Shown here in pieces: positions 24,601 to 24,963 of a stretch of 24,963 nucleotides of DNA. A model generated the notes under the pieces. That model saw nothing but the letters and a program-made list of their open reading frames with translations, was not told the origin of the DNA and searched no databases. The stretch covers positions 1 to 24,963 of the IMG/VR virus record IMGVR_UViG_3300006127_000089. One strand, given 5' to 3'. Every line of letters begins with the position of its first letter. Within the stretch, counting starts at the first letter, position 1. This DNA comes from a virus. Taxonomy: Duplodnaviria > Caudoviricetes. The position numbers and the translations under genes are program-made.

Positions 24601-24962
24601 TTGTCAGCGTAGATGTATAGAGCGCCACCTTCAACTGAAGAATACACGCCTGGAATTGACGCAGAATTTATAGAATTGCTGACGGTTGTGGGTGTTGAAT
24701 TGGCTACCACTGTGATAGTATTGGCATTATTGATCACTATGTTGCCTGTGACCGCTGTGGGAGCCAAAGTACCATCGATTGATGGCCATGCTGTGCACCA
24801 TTCGTTACTGCCTAACAGGACCCAGGTGTTGTACAGATCGCTCAAATAAGCACTGGAAGTCTGACTAGAAGTAGGCCCGCCACGTTTGTAGTATTCAGGA
24901 TTGTAGATATTGGTGGCTGTCACGGCATAGTTGCCAATGCTGCCCACGCTTTGTGATGGTAC
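21624..24962 (-). CDS. 18: Tail sheath protein (gp18-like) with inserted accessory domains; 5' end lies beyond the window
   Basis: C-terminal sheath motifs PWLAPAGTRRG, RDVLYQNDINPI, ALNRINVSRL, YLFEPND..TR, CDLTNNTP.RID.NEL.VDIAIEPVKAVEFI. The frame stays open to the window edge (VPSQSVGSIG), so GTG 24947 is probably not the true start. Confidence 0.93.
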   Translation of the reverse strand, partial: VPSQSVGSIGNYAVTATNIYNPEYYKRGGPTSSQTSSAYLSDLYNTWVLLGSNEWCTAWPSIDGTLAPTAVTGNIVINNANTITVVANSTPTTVSNSINSASIPGVYSSVEGGALYIYADNDSVGPTFTGATGSANVSTGIATLTFSNSGNAAIPTPFPVGSGITITGANVSGYNGTFDVVASTNTSVSFATTATGSVSGATITWPGSVSIAQLDGTSLTALGITQGVYAVPAYQSSPSYQNPRWNSSSTIPQPTGSIWQKTNNVNAGTNLVVSKYSTTLGTFVPQNCPVYASDADALYALDPAGGGTNITAGATYAQVDPYNSLTGGFQLFSRYTTGPTIVTGYTNSPGPFVGLTQFSIGATQAGTSAITEATATIYPSNNLSITATSGSGAVATLSFTAQSAPPFAVGSTIVVTGVTPSGYNGTHVVTACSNTTVQFTSTATGSLSVAGTIYGEGTVADFVSAVSSAGIPYVSATVNSTGAVVFTHSQGGDIYLTDVSGSPVELAGFTTGENIVGLTAQYVTTDTYVLSNWVSTPTFSYTANSTAPDQNPVSGTYWYYSATDQVDIMVLNDGQWQGYQNVTNDARGFNLSLTNANGPQISPTAPTTQNNTAKSPLQLGDLWIDTSDLELYPVINRWQNVNGVDQWVTLTNSDQTTENGVLFADARWATNGTTDPVSDPFPTITSLLTSNYLDPDAPTPDLYPNGILLWNTRRSGFNVKQFELNYFNTTAYPSDYWSAYTAYQVGNRVTYGNIVYVCEVANTNQVPSTSSAYWSEITVTNTWKTASGNRANGSPYMGRQAQRAIIVKALQAGVETNTTIREEQTQFNLIACPQYPELVPQLAQLNADRGETAFVIADTPLRLSPADIATWATNNSGEGLVTADGNLDVGDPYAGAFYPSCQTTDLSGNIVVQPPSHMMIRTIIRSDEVGYPWLAPAGTRRGVIDNATQIGYIDAATGSFITTGINQGIRDVLYQNDINPITFIPGVGITNFGNHTLENNNTALNRINVSRLVAFLRNRLNQIGKQYLFEPNDQITRQQITNSITSLMVDLVAKRGIYDYLVVCDLTNNTPARIDNNELWVDIAIEPVKAVEFIYIPLRIQNTGTIAAQTTA

Positions 24963-24963
24963 T

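Noticed and set aside
91-24849. All plus-strand ORFs in the track (e.g. 20095-20688, 16778-17233, 400-726)
   Set aside because: They are antisense shadows of well-supported minus-strand genes, with no recognisable motifs and no free coding space.
1-24963. Stop-codon reassignment, as seen in some large phages
   Set aside because: Genes are full length and densely packed under the standard code; TAA, TGA and TAG (8765, 18885) all end genes at sensible boundaries.

Overview
The window is a segment of a large T4-like (myovirus) bacteriophage genome, with every credible gene on the minus strand and almost no intergenic space. In transcription order (right to left) it holds: a 5'-truncated tail sheath of more than 1,100 aa with inserted accessory domains; tail tube; a tube-fold baseplate protein; gp4-like head-completion nuclease; a probable small terminase; several highly charged proteins with T4-like capsid-targeting N-termini; a signal-peptide-bearing NucA-type nuclease; a radical SAM enzyme overlapping the large terminase; a 690-aa probable virion protein; gp32 ssDNA-binding protein; and UvsX recombinase. 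The most striking feature is five divergent radical SAM enzymes with an N-terminal Twitch-like Cys module, one of them missed by the ORF track. They are interleaved with core packaging and recombination genes alongside an SDR and two orphan proteins, which suggests an uncharacterised phage-encoded modification pathway. TAAATA late-promoter-like motifs precede six genes. The gp32 leader packs a sigma70-like promoter, a terminator, competing hairpins and a triple AGGCAAC repeat into about 150 bp. All calls come from reading motifs by eye; no searches were run.
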